NCBI GenBank assembly: GCA_963662405.2
Contig: CAXXKT010000001.1
Location: forward strand, 2,176,001-2,240,000
DNA from: Syntrophales bacterium
Lineage (GTDB): Bacteria; Desulfobacterota; Syntrophia; Syntrophales; UBA2210
DNA: 64,000 nt
Reading direction: 5' to 3'
Positions 42,003 through 51,594 of the stretch are shown here, piece by piece (the first letter of the stretch is position 1; every line of letters begins with the position of its first letter). A program made the translations under genes and the position numbers. The notes beneath the pieces were generated by a model that saw only the letters and a list, made by a program, of their open reading frames with translations, was not told the DNA's origin and did no database searches.

Positions 42003-42677
42003 ATGACAATAAGCGATGCACTAATGATAATAGCCGTTTTAGCTGCTCCTTTCCTAGCGGTTTTTGCACAAAGACAAATTGATTTATGGCGGGAACAAAG
42101 ACAAAGAAAATTATGGGTTTTTAAAACACTTATGGCCACACGTGGTCGAACTTTGTCTCCAGAGTATGTACAAGCTCTAAACATGATAGAACTTGAATTC
42201 CAAAAATCTTCTGAGAAACCTATCCGCGATGCATGGAAAGAGTACCATGATCATCTAAACTCTTATCCTCGTGAAGGTGAAAATCAGAAGGAGAGAGCTG
42301 CTGTGTGGGATGAAGCGTTGGCAAAACTGCTTGCTAATCTTCTTATTAAGATGAGTAAGGCTTTCTCATATGAGTTTGACGTAGTACAAATAAAGAAAGG
42401 GGCTTATTCACCTAAAGGTCATGCAACCACAGAAATCGAACTTCAGTTACTTAGGCGTTTTGCACTAGAATGGCTTGCTGGTGAAAGGAAGGTGTCTGTT
42501 TCAATAGTGCCTAAAGACGATGAGTCCGCTAAACAAGGTCAAGTATTTATGGCTGGTTTATCGGGCATTATCGAAGGCCAAAAACAAATAAAAGTTGAAT
42601 TGGTTTCTCAAATGGATGGTGATGACAAGCCGAACAATACTAATTCAGCCGACGCAAAAAGCCGCGCGGCTGATTAG
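42003..42677 (+). CDS. Cassette 3: N-terminal TM protein (DUF6680-like)
   Basis: TM helix followed by FKTLMATR...ALNMIELEF; reads through into attC. Confidence 0.7.
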   Translation: MTISDALMIIAVLAAPFLAVFAQRQIDLWREQRQRKLWVFKTLMATRGRTLSPEYVQALNMIELEFQKSSEKPIRDAWKEYHDHLNSYPREGENQKERAAVWDEALAKLLANLLIKMSKAFSYEFDVVQIKKGAYSPKGHATTEIELQLLRRFALEWLAGERKVSVSIVPKDDESAKQGQVFMAGLSGIIEGQKQIKVELVSQMDGDDKPNNTNSADAKSRAAD

Positions 42678-42688
42678 TGCCGTTCAGG
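42629..42688 (+). other. attC 3
   Basis: GCCGAAC (complements GTTCGGC at 40589)...TCAGCC...GGCTGA...GTTCAGG. Confidence 0.9.
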
Positions 42689-42824
42689 GGGCGCTCCGCG
42701 ATAAGACCGCTCCACACCCCCTGAACATGCGGCGGCTGCCCTGAGCTGGTTCGCTCGGCGCGCAGCGCCTCCCGAACCAGCGGATGGACTTGTCCCCTGC
42801 GGGGCAGGTCATCCGCCGCATGTT
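42682..42824 (+). repeat. 140-bp gene-less mini-cassette, copy 3
   Basis: Consensus-like copy. Confidence 0.95.
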
Positions 42825-42846
42825 ATAGCAATTTAATGATAAAAAT

Positions 42847-43998
42847 ATGGTAGATACGCAAAAATTAAATAGGTCATTAGATTTAATATTGAAAGATTTT
42901 ATTCCTGATGATGAAGCCAATCAACACTGGAGAGATCCGAATGCCGGTCACCTAGCAAATATCAAATTTGAAGATAAGCCTCCTCCGTATATTGTTTTTA
43001 TTATATTTGTATACTTAAAAAAGTACTCATTTGGAGGCCAATGGGAAAAAGTTAATTGGGAAATACCAATTAAGTATAAAAATGTACCCATGATGTTAGC
43101 ACATAAAAAATTTGGGTTCCAAATTCTAACATATTCTGGCGTACCTAAGGATAATCAAATAGCTATTGAAGCACTAAATAAAATAAAAAAAGCAATCCCA
43201 ATAGCAGAAAAACTAATTCAACCGACTATAAAAAGTCTCGTAGATTCTGGAAAAATCACTATTTCAAACGATTATTATCAGCTTCGATCACGCTATGAAT
43301 ATTTTAGAAATGAAGCCGAGTCTCATTTATTAAACAATGAAAAAGAAGACTTTGATTTCAGTTCCTTTCAAGACCACTTAACCGCACTTAATTCTTGGTT
43401 ACAGCAAAAAAATAAAGGCGCCAATTATGCTTTTGCCATGATTGATTCATACTTTAGTCTGCTTGAGCACGTATTAGTATTGATAAAACCTTTCATCACG
43501 ATTTCTGAAACTGAAACTGAATTATCAAAATTTGTAGGACAATACTGGGGTGATAAATATAAAAAACTCTTTGATATAACAAAGGGTGGTCTTCCAAAAG
43601 TTCATTATGATGCGCTTTACGAAGTAAAAGAACGTTATCGGAACATCGCATCACATGGTAATTTTGAAAAAGGTGGTGGTTCGTTTTTAGTCCATATGCC
43701 ACACATAGGTGCGATTCCAATGTCACTAACCCAAAATAAATCACATTTTACTTTTTCAACGCCAAATGAACTTGAATTTGCAGCAATATGTAGTGTTTTT
43801 GATAGTTTTGATAACTTTCTTGATAGTGCCAGTATGACAAAATATGGGATGTTGTATATTAAGAGTGGCAATCATGTCATATTTGATGATGATACAAAAA
43901 GCACCTATTTAAATGCGATGAAATCTGAAAAAGATTTCAATGAATTTATTGAGTATATGGAGCAGCAATTTAATGATGCTTTAAATATGGATTGGTAA
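42847..43998 (+). CDS. Cassette 4: hypothetical protein with HEPN-like RxxxxH motif
   Basis: 383-aa AT-rich ORF; RNIASH in a helical region. Confidence 0.6.
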   Translation: MVDTQKLNRSLDLILKDFIPDDEANQHWRDPNAGHLANIKFEDKPPPYIVFIIFVYLKKYSFGGQWEKVNWEIPIKYKNVPMMLAHKKFGFQILTYSGVPKDNQIAIEALNKIKKAIPIAEKLIQPTIKSLVDSGKITISNDYYQLRSRYEYFRNEAESHLLNNEKEDFDFSSFQDHLTALNSWLQQKNKGANYAFAMIDSYFSLLEHVLVLIKPFITISETETELSKFVGQYWGDKYKKLFDITKGGLPKVHYDALYEVKERYRNIASHGNFEKGGGSFLVHMPHIGAIPMSLTQNKSHFTFSTPNELEFAAICSVFDSFDNFLDSASMTKYGMLYIKSGNHVIFDDDTKSTYLNAMKSEKDFNEFIEYMEQQFNDALNMDW

Positions 43999-44000
43999 AG

Positions 44001-44078
44001 CTATAACAAATAATTCAACTCGGAATGTCTAAAAGCGCTTTCGCGCTTCTAGACATCCGGTTAATTATGCTGTTAGCA
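44001..44078 (+). other. attC 4
   Basis: CTATAAC...ATTCAAC...GTTAAT...GTTAGCA. Confidence 0.9.
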
Positions 44079-44157
44079 ATGAAAAAGCAGAGTATTTTGA
44101 GGTTGTTTTTGCATAATAATAGTTTAACAGATTAATTCCATTTTTTCGGAGAGTTAA

Positions 44158-44487
44158 ATGAAGTGGATACTTTTATCAATTGCTATATTGTCAGAACTTG
44201 GTGGTTCAACATGTATGAAGTTATCAAATGGATTCACCAATATTCCAGCTTCAATTATGACATTTGTCTTTTGGGCTATCTCATTTAGTATTTTCATATT
44301 TGCGCTTAAACACTTTGACTTAAGCTTTATTTATGCTCTTTGGGCCGGCGTTGGAATTTTATTGGTATCAGTAATTGGTATGACCTATTTCAAAGAACCA
44401 GTAAACGTAATGAAGGTTATTTCAATTCTTATCATTGTTGTAGGTGTTGTGATGCTCAACTTGAGCGAAATTTTAACAAATCAATAG
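44158..44487 (+). CDS. Cassette 5: SMR family small multidrug efflux protein
   Basis: W..L..AI..E, MKLSNGF, YALWAGVG, FKE. Confidence 0.9.
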   Translation: MKWILLSIAILSELGGSTCMKLSNGFTNIPASIMTFVFWAISFSIFIFALKHFDLSFIYALWAGVGILLVSVIGMTYFKEPVNVMKVISILIIVVGVVMLNLSEILTNQ

Positions 44488-44497
44488 ATTAAAAGAT

Positions 44498-44617
44498 TGC
44501 TAACAAAGCCATTAAGGCGGACCGCAATCGCACTCGGTACGGGCAAGTACACCTTTCATGGCAAACAAGTTGTTAACTCAAAATAGGTGCAGCGGCTGCT
44601 TATGGCCAGAGTTAGCG
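44498..44617 (+). other. attC 5 (long)
   Basis: TGCTAAC...CATTAAGGC...GCTTATG...GTTAGCG. Confidence 0.8.
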
Positions 44618-44624
44618 ATGAAAT

Positions 44625-45164
44625 ATGAAATATGTTAATTCAAAGATGGTTGATATTTCAGAAGTAGTAATTCGGGAGTTAAAAAATGAAGAATTTTGGA
44701 TTCTTGAAGAATTACTATATGAGGCGATCTTTCAACCTGATATTCCGAATCCAATTCCACGCGGTATAATTGATACCCCAGAAGTTAGAGTATATATTAA
44801 GGATTTTGGACAAAAAGAAGATGATTATTGTCTAGTAGCTGGTATAAATGAACAAATTTTGGGAGGTGTTTGGGTTCGAGTATTAGCTGGTGACATCAAA
44901 GGATTTGGTAACATAGATAGTGAAACTCCTGAATTCGCGATATCAGTTTTCAAAGAATTTCAAAATCAAGGAATTGGCAAGCTTCTCATGCGGGAGATGA
45001 TCTACTACTTGATTAATAAAAAATACAGTCAAGCGTCTCTGAGTGTTCAAAAAGAGAATTATGCGGTCAAGATGTACAAAGAGTTTGGATTTAAGATATT
45101 AACTGAAAAAGGTGAAGATTATTTAATGATACTGAAATTAGTAAACAATCCAAGGAATAAATAA
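44625..45164 (+). CDS. Cassette 6: GNAT acetyltransferase
   Basis: FQNQGIG motif A; N..A..MY..FGF. Confidence 0.88.
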   Translation: MKYVNSKMVDISEVVIRELKNEEFWILEELLYEAIFQPDIPNPIPRGIIDTPEVRVYIKDFGQKEDDYCLVAGINEQILGGVWVRVLAGDIKGFGNIDSETPEFAISVFKEFQNQGIGKLLMREMIYYLINKKYSQASLSVQKENYAVKMYKEFGFKILTEKGEDYLMILKLVNNPRNK

Positions 45165-45169
45165 GAATC

Positions 45170-45243
45170 CGCTAACAAAAGGCTGAAGTCCGACCATGCC
45201 CGCCAAAAAGCAGCGACCATGGCGGCTTAGCCACGTGTTGGGC
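45170..45243 (+). other. attC 6
   Basis: CGCTAAC...GCTGAAGTC...GGCTTAGC...GTTGGGC. Confidence 0.85.
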
Positions 45244-45260
45244 TACAAAAAGGAAATAAT

Positions 45261-45977
45261 ATGAAAACCATTTTTTCAGCAATCGTGCTTGTCTTGCTTG
45301 TCTCTATACCAGCATTGGCAACTGATATTAAATTGCCACACATAGTTGTATATGGAACAGCAGTATTGGAAATCACCCCCGATGAAATGCTTTGGGCCCT
45401 TAATGTTACAAATAAGGCTTCTAACGTAGAAGAGGTGGCAGAGCAGCATTCTGAAATAGTACAATCTGTTATCATTTTTCTTGGCAAGGCCAATATTGAC
45501 ATTGATGATATTCAAACTTCCAGAATGCAGTTCGGTGAAAATTGGGGATACAAGAACAACTCAAGGGTAAGAGAAGGCTATTTTGCTTCTACCCAAATCT
45601 CTTTCAAGTTAACCGTCTTTGACAAATATAAAAGTCTTTGGTCAGGCTTAGCAAATATAAAAAATGTATCTATCCAAAATGTGGATTATGACCACTCCAA
45701 ACGAATTGAATTCCAAAATAAAACAAGGCTCAAAGCCTTATTAGCCGCGAAAGAAAAAGCAATCACGATGGCAAATACTTTGAACACTTCCATTGCAGAG
45801 CCATTGTTAATCGAAGAAGATTTATCATTCGATAAAAACCCTATGAACCAGAATATTCTAATGGTTAATAAAGCAAGTTCAAGGGCTGAACCGCAAAGTC
45901 TCGGAGGTTCATTTGCTCTTGGTAAAATACCAATTCGAGCAAGAGTTAAAGTTGCCTATCGGCTAATTAATCAATGA
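45261..45977 (+). CDS. Cassette 7: SIMPL (DUF541) domain exported protein
   Basis: Signal peptide; V.G.A.....PD; A...AKEKA..MA. Confidence 0.82.
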   Translation: MKTIFSAIVLVLLVSIPALATDIKLPHIVVYGTAVLEITPDEMLWALNVTNKASNVEEVAEQHSEIVQSVIIFLGKANIDIDDIQTSRMQFGENWGYKNNSRVREGYFASTQISFKLTVFDKYKSLWSGLANIKNVSIQNVDYDHSKRIEFQNKTRLKALLAAKEKAITMANTLNTSIAEPLLIEEDLSFDKNPMNQNILMVNKASSRAEPQSLGGSFALGKIPIRARVKVAYRLINQ

Positions 45978-45982
45978 TAAAA

Positions 45983-46061
45983 GCCCAACAAAATTTTCAA
46001 CCCGCCTTTCCCCGCAGCTCGTTCCTCGCTCTGGGAAAAGCGGGTTAAACAGGCGTTCAGG
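45983..46061 (+). other. attC 7
   Basis: GCCCAAC...TTTCAACCCGC...GCGGGTTAAA...GTTCAGG. Confidence 0.88.
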
Positions 46062-46197
46062 GGACGCTCCGCGATGAGATCGCTCCACGCCCCCTGAACA
46101 TGCGGCGGCTGCCCTGAGCTGGTTCGCTCGGCGCACAGCGCCTCCCGAACCAGCGGATGGACTTGTCCCCTGCGGGGCAGGTCATCCGCCGCATGTT
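46055..46197 (+). repeat. 140-bp gene-less mini-cassette, copy 4
   Basis: About 5 substitutions versus copy 3. Confidence 0.95.
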
Positions 46198-46913
46198 AGG
46201 GCTTAAGAAAAAATGTCACAATTATCCTACGCACGAATAATGCTGGAGCAAATGGGGATACCATTTGAGGATATTCCAACATCAGATGAAAAAATGAAAA
46301 AGGAGGCGGATTTTCTAGCAAGTTTTGGTGATTCCAGAGTGCTTATCGAAGAAAAACTAAAAGAGGACGATCTGAGCTATCTTTCAGTTAGAGGACAGGA
46401 ATTAGAGGCTGGAGGAATCCATGAGCATTCTGTTCCACTGACACGAGATGAGACTATTTCGGGCATAATAAGGCATGCTGCGAAACAACTCAAGTCCTCA
46501 TCAGACAAGCCACATGATTTTCGATTATTGTGGTTTACTGCAACCGGCGTAGCAGCCGAGGCCAAAAGTGAACAGTTCATGGCAACACTTTATGGCCGAA
46601 CAAATATCATAGAGCGCGGCGCTAATGGCTACAAAAGGTGTTACTATTTCCGATATAGTGACTTTTATCGACGTTCAGCAATAATAGATGGTGCAGTAGC
46701 TGCATTCGTGGAGGATGCTTCCATTACTTTGAAACTCTGCTTGAATTCTTTATCCCCGAGATATTTAAACTTAAAACACTCAAGTGTTGTTAAACCTTTC
46801 AGGACTGCTGTTGAAGATCCCTTGGAACTTGAAACCAGAGGGAGTGCTTTTATATTAGATAACGATATTGATCGAAAAGACGAACAGAAACTGCTTGAGT
46901 ATCTAAAAAATAA

Positions 46914-47649
46914 GGGTCTTGACTAGAACAGCACACGGAAATATGTTAAGAGTCTAGTCATGTCAATAAGTAACAAGTATGTAAAAAATTCCAAAATTTC
47001 AGAGGCAAAATTTAGAGAGATCGTGAAGTATTTTGCCTTCGATTTGGATGCTCAAACCATCGCTCTTTTAACAAAACTCAATAGAAATACGGTGAATCGA
47101 TATCTGTCTTTGATTCGTCAACGTATAGCTGATCTGTGCGAAGAAGAATCACCATTTCAGGGTGAAATCGAGGTTGACGAATCATATTTCGGTGCAAAAC
47201 GTATCAAAGGGAAACGAGGCCGTGGGGCCGGGAGAAAAACCCCTGTATTCGGTATCCTGCAACGAAAAGGCAGTGTCTATACCGAAATCGTTCCCGATTG
47301 CGCCAGGAAGACTCTCCAGGCCATTATCAGGGGCAAAGTTGAACCGAATAGTGTCATACATTCAGATAGTTGGAGAGGCTATGATGGTTTGGTTGACTTG
47401 GGATACAAAAAGCATTACCGTGTTCATCACGGAGCCAATGAATTTGCCAGGGGGAAAAGCCACATCAATGGCATTGAATCCTTCTGGTCATTCGCAAAAC
47501 GGAGGCTGATGAAGTTCCATGGTATTCCACAATCAACCTTTTACCTGCATCTCAAGGAATGTGAGTTCCGGTTCAACAACCGTAACACCGATATCTATAA
47601 ATTGTTGTTAAAGAACTTCAAAAATAAACCGCTGTTCTAGTCAAGACCC
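46914..47649 (+). mobile_element. IS1595-family (IS1016-like) element
   Basis: Perfect 19-bp IRs GGGTCTTGACTAGAACAGC; 8-bp TSD AAAAATAA. Confidence 0.93.
46960..47640 (+). CDS. IS1595-family DDE transposase
   Basis: EVDESYFG, HSD, HINGIESFW, ECEFRFN. Confidence 0.93.
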   Translation: MSISNKYVKNSKISEAKFREIVKYFAFDLDAQTIALLTKLNRNTVNRYLSLIRQRIADLCEEESPFQGEIEVDESYFGAKRIKGKRGRGAGRKTPVFGILQRKGSVYTEIVPDCARKTLQAIIRGKVEPNSVIHSDSWRGYDGLVDLGYKKHYRVHHGANEFARGKSHINGIESFWSFAKRRLMKFHGIPQSTFYLHLKECEFRFNNRNTDIYKLLLKNFKNKPLF

Positions 47650-47730
47650 AAAAATAAATATAAAACTGAGCCCTTAATGACAATTGACCTCGGCTACACG
47701 AGTGCTTCAATACTATTGCCGGAGGGTGAG

Positions 47731-47797
47731 CCCTAACCTTTTGCTTCACCGGATTCGGGCCAAAAAGCGGGCCTCTACGGTGAGCAATGCGTTATAA
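47731..47797 (+). other. attC 8
   Basis: CCCTAAC...GCTTCACC...GGTGAGC...GTTATAA. Confidence 0.88.
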
Positions 47798-47818
47798 CTA
47801 TGAGATGCGAGAAGTGAA

Positions 47819-48085
47819 CTACGATAGATTTCTGTAAATATCTTTTCGGTGGCCAATTTTGACGACCAAAATGACAAGGATATCATCTTGGATTTCATAA
47901 ACGATCCGATAATCTCCAACCCGAACTTTATGAAAAGGGTTGTTTCCCTTCATTTTTGTCGTTTCGGGGCTTGGAAGATTTTCTGCAAAGCTATCAATCT
48001 TCTCAACTATTCGCACTCTGTCAACTTTTGGAATCTTCTTAAGGGTTTTCGCAGCGGAATTCTTAATCTCAATTCGGTAGCTCAA
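47819..48085 (-). CDS. Cassette 9: RelE/ParE family toxin
   Basis: A.K.LKK.P...RVGDYRIVY...GHRKDIY. Confidence 0.9.
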   Translation of the reverse strand: MSYRIEIKNSAAKTLKKIPKVDRVRIVEKIDSFAENLPSPETTKMKGNNPFHKVRVGDYRIVYEIQDDILVILVVKIGHRKDIYRNLS

Positions 48086-48333
48086 AGTTCAAGCTCCTTT
48101 TTAAACTCCTCCCAAGGTATTGGGTCGCCGGGTTCATTTTTGGCTTTCCAGGTATCTTCAATATCAATCTGTTCTTCTAACTCTTGTAACAATTTGAGTT
48201 CTTTTATTGATACTATTGCAGCTAATGGTTCGCCACGGCGTGTCAGAACAAATGATTCATTTCCAAAGGCTACTCGATTTAAAATATTAGAGAATTTTTT
48301 TCTGGCATCTGCGGTCGTTATTTTGTTAAGCAT
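48082..48333 (-). CDS. Cassette 9: Phd/YefM family antitoxin
   Basis: DARKKFSNILNRV...LTRRGEPLAAIV; own minus-strand promoter TTGACA...TACCAT (48373-48400). Confidence 0.88.
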   Translation of the reverse strand: MLNKITTADARKKFSNILNRVAFGNESFVLTRRGEPLAAIVSIKELKLLQELEEQIDIEDTWKAKNEPGDPIPWEEFKKELEL

Positions 48334-48429
48334 AACTTTGCTCCAATTGTTTGTTTTGTACACCAAGTACAGATGGTACCACATTCGATCGGTTTGTCAA
48401 CAAATTCTATTTAATATAATAATAATCGG

Positions 48430-48554
48430 TTATAACATCACCATTCACAAAGGACTCGCAGGGGCGGACCGCCTTAGTTTTAGCATATTTTAGTGTTGAA
48501 CTCTCATTTGCGAAGTCCGATAACCCTGCTCGCCTGTGATGGTGGGCGTTAAAT
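48430..48554 (+). other. attC 9 (long)
   Basis: TTATAAC...CATTCACA...TGTGATG...GTTAAAT. Confidence 0.82.
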
Positions 48555-49011
48555 GGAAAAAATGATAGAATTTAACGAAATCTCTCCAGACTTGGTTCCT
48601 CAAAAACTGTTACTAGAAGCGGATCCATCAATTGAACGAGTAAATCAATATTTGGAAGGCTCATTATGTTATGCGGCTGTAATTCAGAAAGAAATAGTTG
48701 GAGTCTGTGTTTTAAATTCCATAGACAAAAACAGAATTGAGTTATTCAATATCGCTGTCTTACCGGAAAACCAGAAATCAGGTATTGGGTCACAATTACT
48801 CCAATTTGTTCTGGACAGTGTTAGAGAGAAAAATTTTGAATCAGTGGAATTAGGGACTGGTACGTTTGGTTATCAATTGACATTTTATCAACGTTTTGGA
48901 TTTCGAGCGGACTCAATACTCAAAGACCATTTCATCAACAATTATGATGAACCAATTTTTGAAAATGGTATCCAGCTTAAAGACATGTTACGACTTATTT
49001 TGAAGCTGTGA
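48553..49011 (+). CDS. Cassette 10: GNAT acetyltransferase
   Basis: LLLEADPS, NIAV, QKSGIG, FYQRFGF. Confidence 0.88.
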   Translation: MEKMIEFNEISPDLVPQKLLLEADPSIERVNQYLEGSLCYAAVIQKEIVGVCVLNSIDKNRIELFNIAVLPENQKSGIGSQLLQFVLDSVREKNFESVELGTGTFGYQLTFYQRFGFRADSILKDHFINNYDEPIFENGIQLKDMLRLILKL

Positions 49012-49019
49012 TAAGAACC

Positions 49020-49079
49020 ATTTAACAAATGCGCTTTCAGCCGACGCAAAAACCTCGCGGCTGAAACGGGACGTTCAGG
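49020..49079 (+). other. attC 10
   Basis: ATTTAAC...TTCAGCC...GGCTGAA...GTTCAGG. Confidence 0.88.
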
Positions 49080-49214
49080 GGACGCTCCGCGATAAGACCG
49101 TTCACGCCCCCTGAACATGCGGCGGCTGCCCTGAGCTGGTTCGGTTGGCGCGTAGCGCCTCCCGAACCAGCGGATTGACTTGTTCCTTTTGGGGTAGGTC
49201 ATCCGCCGCATGTT
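49073..49214 (+). repeat. Gene-less mini-cassette, copy 5 (139 bp)
   Basis: About 13 differences versus copy 3, many in loops or giving G-T pairs. Confidence 0.93.
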
Positions 49215-49235
49215 CAGGGTTACAAGGAGAGAATA

Positions 49236-49676
49236 ATGAAAATTTCAAGAGTTACAATACTAACGCTTGGCGTAGCCGATTTGGGTAAAGCGACAGAATT
49301 TTATGAGGCTGTACTTGGCATCCCTCCAAACAAATCTTTTGATGGAATCACTTTCATTGAGCTTCCAGGAACATGGATTGCTCTTTATCCTCTTGAAAAA
49401 CTTGCAGAAGATATTTCACCTGATGTTTCTGTTACTCGCAATGGGTTTAGTGGAGTTACGCTTGCCCACAACGCCGGAAGCAAGGAGGAGGTTTTAGAAA
49501 TTGTGCGGCGCGCGGAGTCAGCAGGTGCTAGGATTGTTAAGGAGCCTAAAGATACTGGATGGGGTGGTTTCAGTGGATACTTTGCCGACATTGATGGCTA
49601 TTACTGGGAGGTAGCTTGGGGACCAATGTTTGAGTTCACAGAAAATGGCGAAATGACATTTAAAAGAAAACCATAA
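49236..49676 (+). CDS. Cassette 11: VOC/glyoxalase family protein
   Basis: TLGVADL...FYE; WGGFSGYFADIDGYYWEV. Confidence 0.9.
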   Translation: MKISRVTILTLGVADLGKATEFYEAVLGIPPNKSFDGITFIELPGTWIALYPLEKLAEDISPDVSVTRNGFSGVTLAHNAGSKEEVLEIVRRAESAGARIVKEPKDTGWGGFSGYFADIDGYYWEVAWGPMFEFTENGEMTFKRKP

Positions 49677-49749
49677 CAACTGGCTCAACAGCGGACTTGC
49701 CCAAAACGCTTGCGCGTTTTCAGCCAGCCGGTTAGGCGGAGCGTTGGGT
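49671..49749 (+). other. attC 11
   Basis: CCATAAC...GCTCAAC...GTTAG...GTTGGGT. Confidence 0.8.
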
Positions 49750-49771
49750 CCAGAAGAAGAGGAATACAGAC

Positions 49772-50908
49772 ATGCGCACATTTCTCCAATCACTTGTCGT
49801 TGTTTTGCTGCTTTCAACATCCGCCTGTGCCATGGAGCCTGCCACACCGGAACTGGACAAGACGTTTGATGGCCAGTCCAGTGACCTTGAATCAACAGCT
49901 ATTGTGCCGACTCTCGATGCGGAGATTGCCGATGGACAGAATGCCGTGTGGTGTTCGTCATTCCTCACTGCATGGAAATCACTAGCCACAAACATTGTGA
50001 GAGCTGATATCTCCCTTGAAGGTTCGCCGCAGACAGCGGTCGCCCTAAACAATGCAGATGACCCGACACCTCACAATCCAGAAGGATCAACATATGTCGC
50101 GACCGGTTGGAACAACAAAGGCGTACTTGAGAAGATCCGAAAGGAACTCAAGGTTGCCTTCCCAGGCAAACCAGCTCCCACTTTCCCGGATATCATGCCT
50201 GACTCCTTCGTCGCATACTCATACCTTGAAGCGAACGTGAAGTTCGACCTTCCTTACTTCCAGAACCGCAAGCCTCTGGAGTTCACCGATTCGCAAGGAG
50301 AAAAGACGAAGCTCACATCGTTCGGCATCCGGCCGGAGGATGACTACGCTTACTATAAGCTTCGGAGTCAACCACGTATTCTGTTTCGCAAGGGTGGTCC
50401 AGGTGAAGAAGTTGAGTTGGAGTTCGCGATAGACCTTTGTGCCGCATCCTCGCCGAGCCAGGTAGTAGTTGCGCGGATCAAACGAGAACCCACCCTAGCC
50501 AAGGCGCTTGACCGAATTAGAAAGGAACTGAAGGGATTCGAGAAACTGAAACAGAAGAATCCAGACTATACGAAGTATCTGGAGAATATCGGGCCCAATG
50601 ATGTCCTCTTGGTTCCTGATCTCTTCTGGGAGATTTCCCATCATTTGTCCAACCTTGAAGGCAAGCAATTCCTGAACGATCCTCTGAAGGGACAGCGTCT
50701 CGATGTAGCTCAGCAAGACATCCTCTTCCGTCTGGATCGCAGTGGAGCAGAGCTGAAATCTGAATCGAAGATGTTCTGTGCCCCCATCCCTACATACTTC
50801 GTGCTCGATCGTCCTTTCCTAATCTACATGAAGAACCGGAATGCAGAAGAGCCGTACTTTACCATGTGGGTCGATAACGCAGAATTACTAACGCCATGGA
50901 CGAAGTGA
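49772..50908 (+). CDS. Cassette 12: lipoprotein with serpin-like C-terminal signature
   Basis: Lipobox TSAC; LDRSGAE hinge-like motif and FVLDRPFLIYM...F...V.N. Confidence 0.6.
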   Translation: MRTFLQSLVVVLLLSTSACAMEPATPELDKTFDGQSSDLESTAIVPTLDAEIADGQNAVWCSSFLTAWKSLATNIVRADISLEGSPQTAVALNNADDPTPHNPEGSTYVATGWNNKGVLEKIRKELKVAFPGKPAPTFPDIMPDSFVAYSYLEANVKFDLPYFQNRKPLEFTDSQGEKTKLTSFGIRPEDDYAYYKLRSQPRILFRKGGPGEEVELEFAIDLCAASSPSQVVVARIKREPTLAKALDRIRKELKGFEKLKQKNPDYTKYLENIGPNDVLLVPDLFWEISHHLSNLEGKQFLNDPLKGQRLDVAQQDILFRLDRSGAELKSESKMFCAPIPTYFVLDRPFLIYMKNRNAEEPYFTMWVDNAELLTPWTK

Positions 50909-50917
50909 GAAGACAGG

Positions 50918-50982
50918 ATCCAACCAGAAAATGCAGAGTATTGTCGCGTCGCCGCGCCAAACCCTGGTTTTGATCGTTCGAT
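50918..50982 (+). other. attC 12
   Basis: ATCCAAC...AATGCAG...CTGGTT...GTTCGAT. Confidence 0.78.
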
Positions 50983-50994
50983 TTTCAGAGATAC

Positions 50995-51054
50995 TTGTAC
51001 AACTTACTGTACAATTTACTGGACAAATCATTTTTTACTCTCTATACTTGTACG
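50995..51054 (+). promoter_or_regulatory. yefM-yoeB promoter/operator
   Basis: TGTACA repeats (50996, 51008) and TGGACA-17-TATACT. Confidence 0.7.
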
Positions 51055-51082
51055 GTAAACAGAACAACTGTGGAGGATAAAA

Positions 51083-51337
51083 ATGAGAGTCATAAATTTT
51101 AGTGAAGCAAGAAATAAACTGAAAGCAATATTAGATCAAGTTAACGATGATGCTGACTACACCGTAATTACGCGAAGAGACGCTGAAGACGCAGTAGTAA
51201 TGTCCTTGGATACTTTCAACAGTTATCTTGAAACATTTCATCTTTTAAAATCTCCTGCCAACGCTGAGCATCTTGCGAAATCTATCGCTCAATATAAAAA
51301 TGGTGAAGCAACTGAAAGAGAAATGATCAATGAATAA
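51083..51337 (+). CDS. yefM: Cassette 13: YefM antitoxin
   Basis: FSEARNKL...ITRR...ETFHLLKSPANAEHL. Confidence 0.92.
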   Translation: MRVINFSEARNKLKAILDQVNDDADYTVITRRDAEDAVVMSLDTFNSYLETFHLLKSPANAEHLAKSIAQYKNGEATEREMINE

Positions 51338-51593
51338 AGGACTCGCGTGGACTGATGAAGCCTGGAAAGACTACATCTATTGGCAAACTCAAGACAAAAA
51401 AACATTCACGCGTATCAATAGGCTCCTTGATGACATTAAACGAAATAACCCATTTAAAGGTATCGGAAAACCGGAACCTCTAAAAGAAAACCTGAGCGGA
51501 TTGTGGTCCAGAAGGATTGATGATACAAATCGTTTAGTCTCTGCAGTCGATGAAGTATATATTACCGTTATTTCTTGTAGATATCATTATTAA
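51330..51593 (+). CDS. yoeB: Cassette 13: YoeB/Txe toxin
   Basis: AWKDY.YW, GIGKPEPL, WSRRI, CRYHY. Confidence 0.93.
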   Translation: MNKGLAWTDEAWKDYIYWQTQDKKTFTRINRLLDDIKRNNPFKGIGKPEPLKENLSGLWSRRIDDTNRLVSAVDEVYITVISCRYHY

Positions 51594-51594
51594 A

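Larger units (their letters stand above)
46213..47736 (+). pseudogene. Cassette 8: PD-(D/E)xK-like protein, C-terminus cut by IS1595
   Basis: ADF...IEEK motif; frame resumes after the IS (YKTEPL...GEP*) and ends in attC R''. Confidence 0.7.

Noticed and set aside
42684..42820. Minus-strand peptide MRRMTCPAGDKSIRW... encoded by the mini-cassette
   Set aside because: Frame is broken by indels in copies 5 and 6, there is no RBS, and variation follows structure rather than codons
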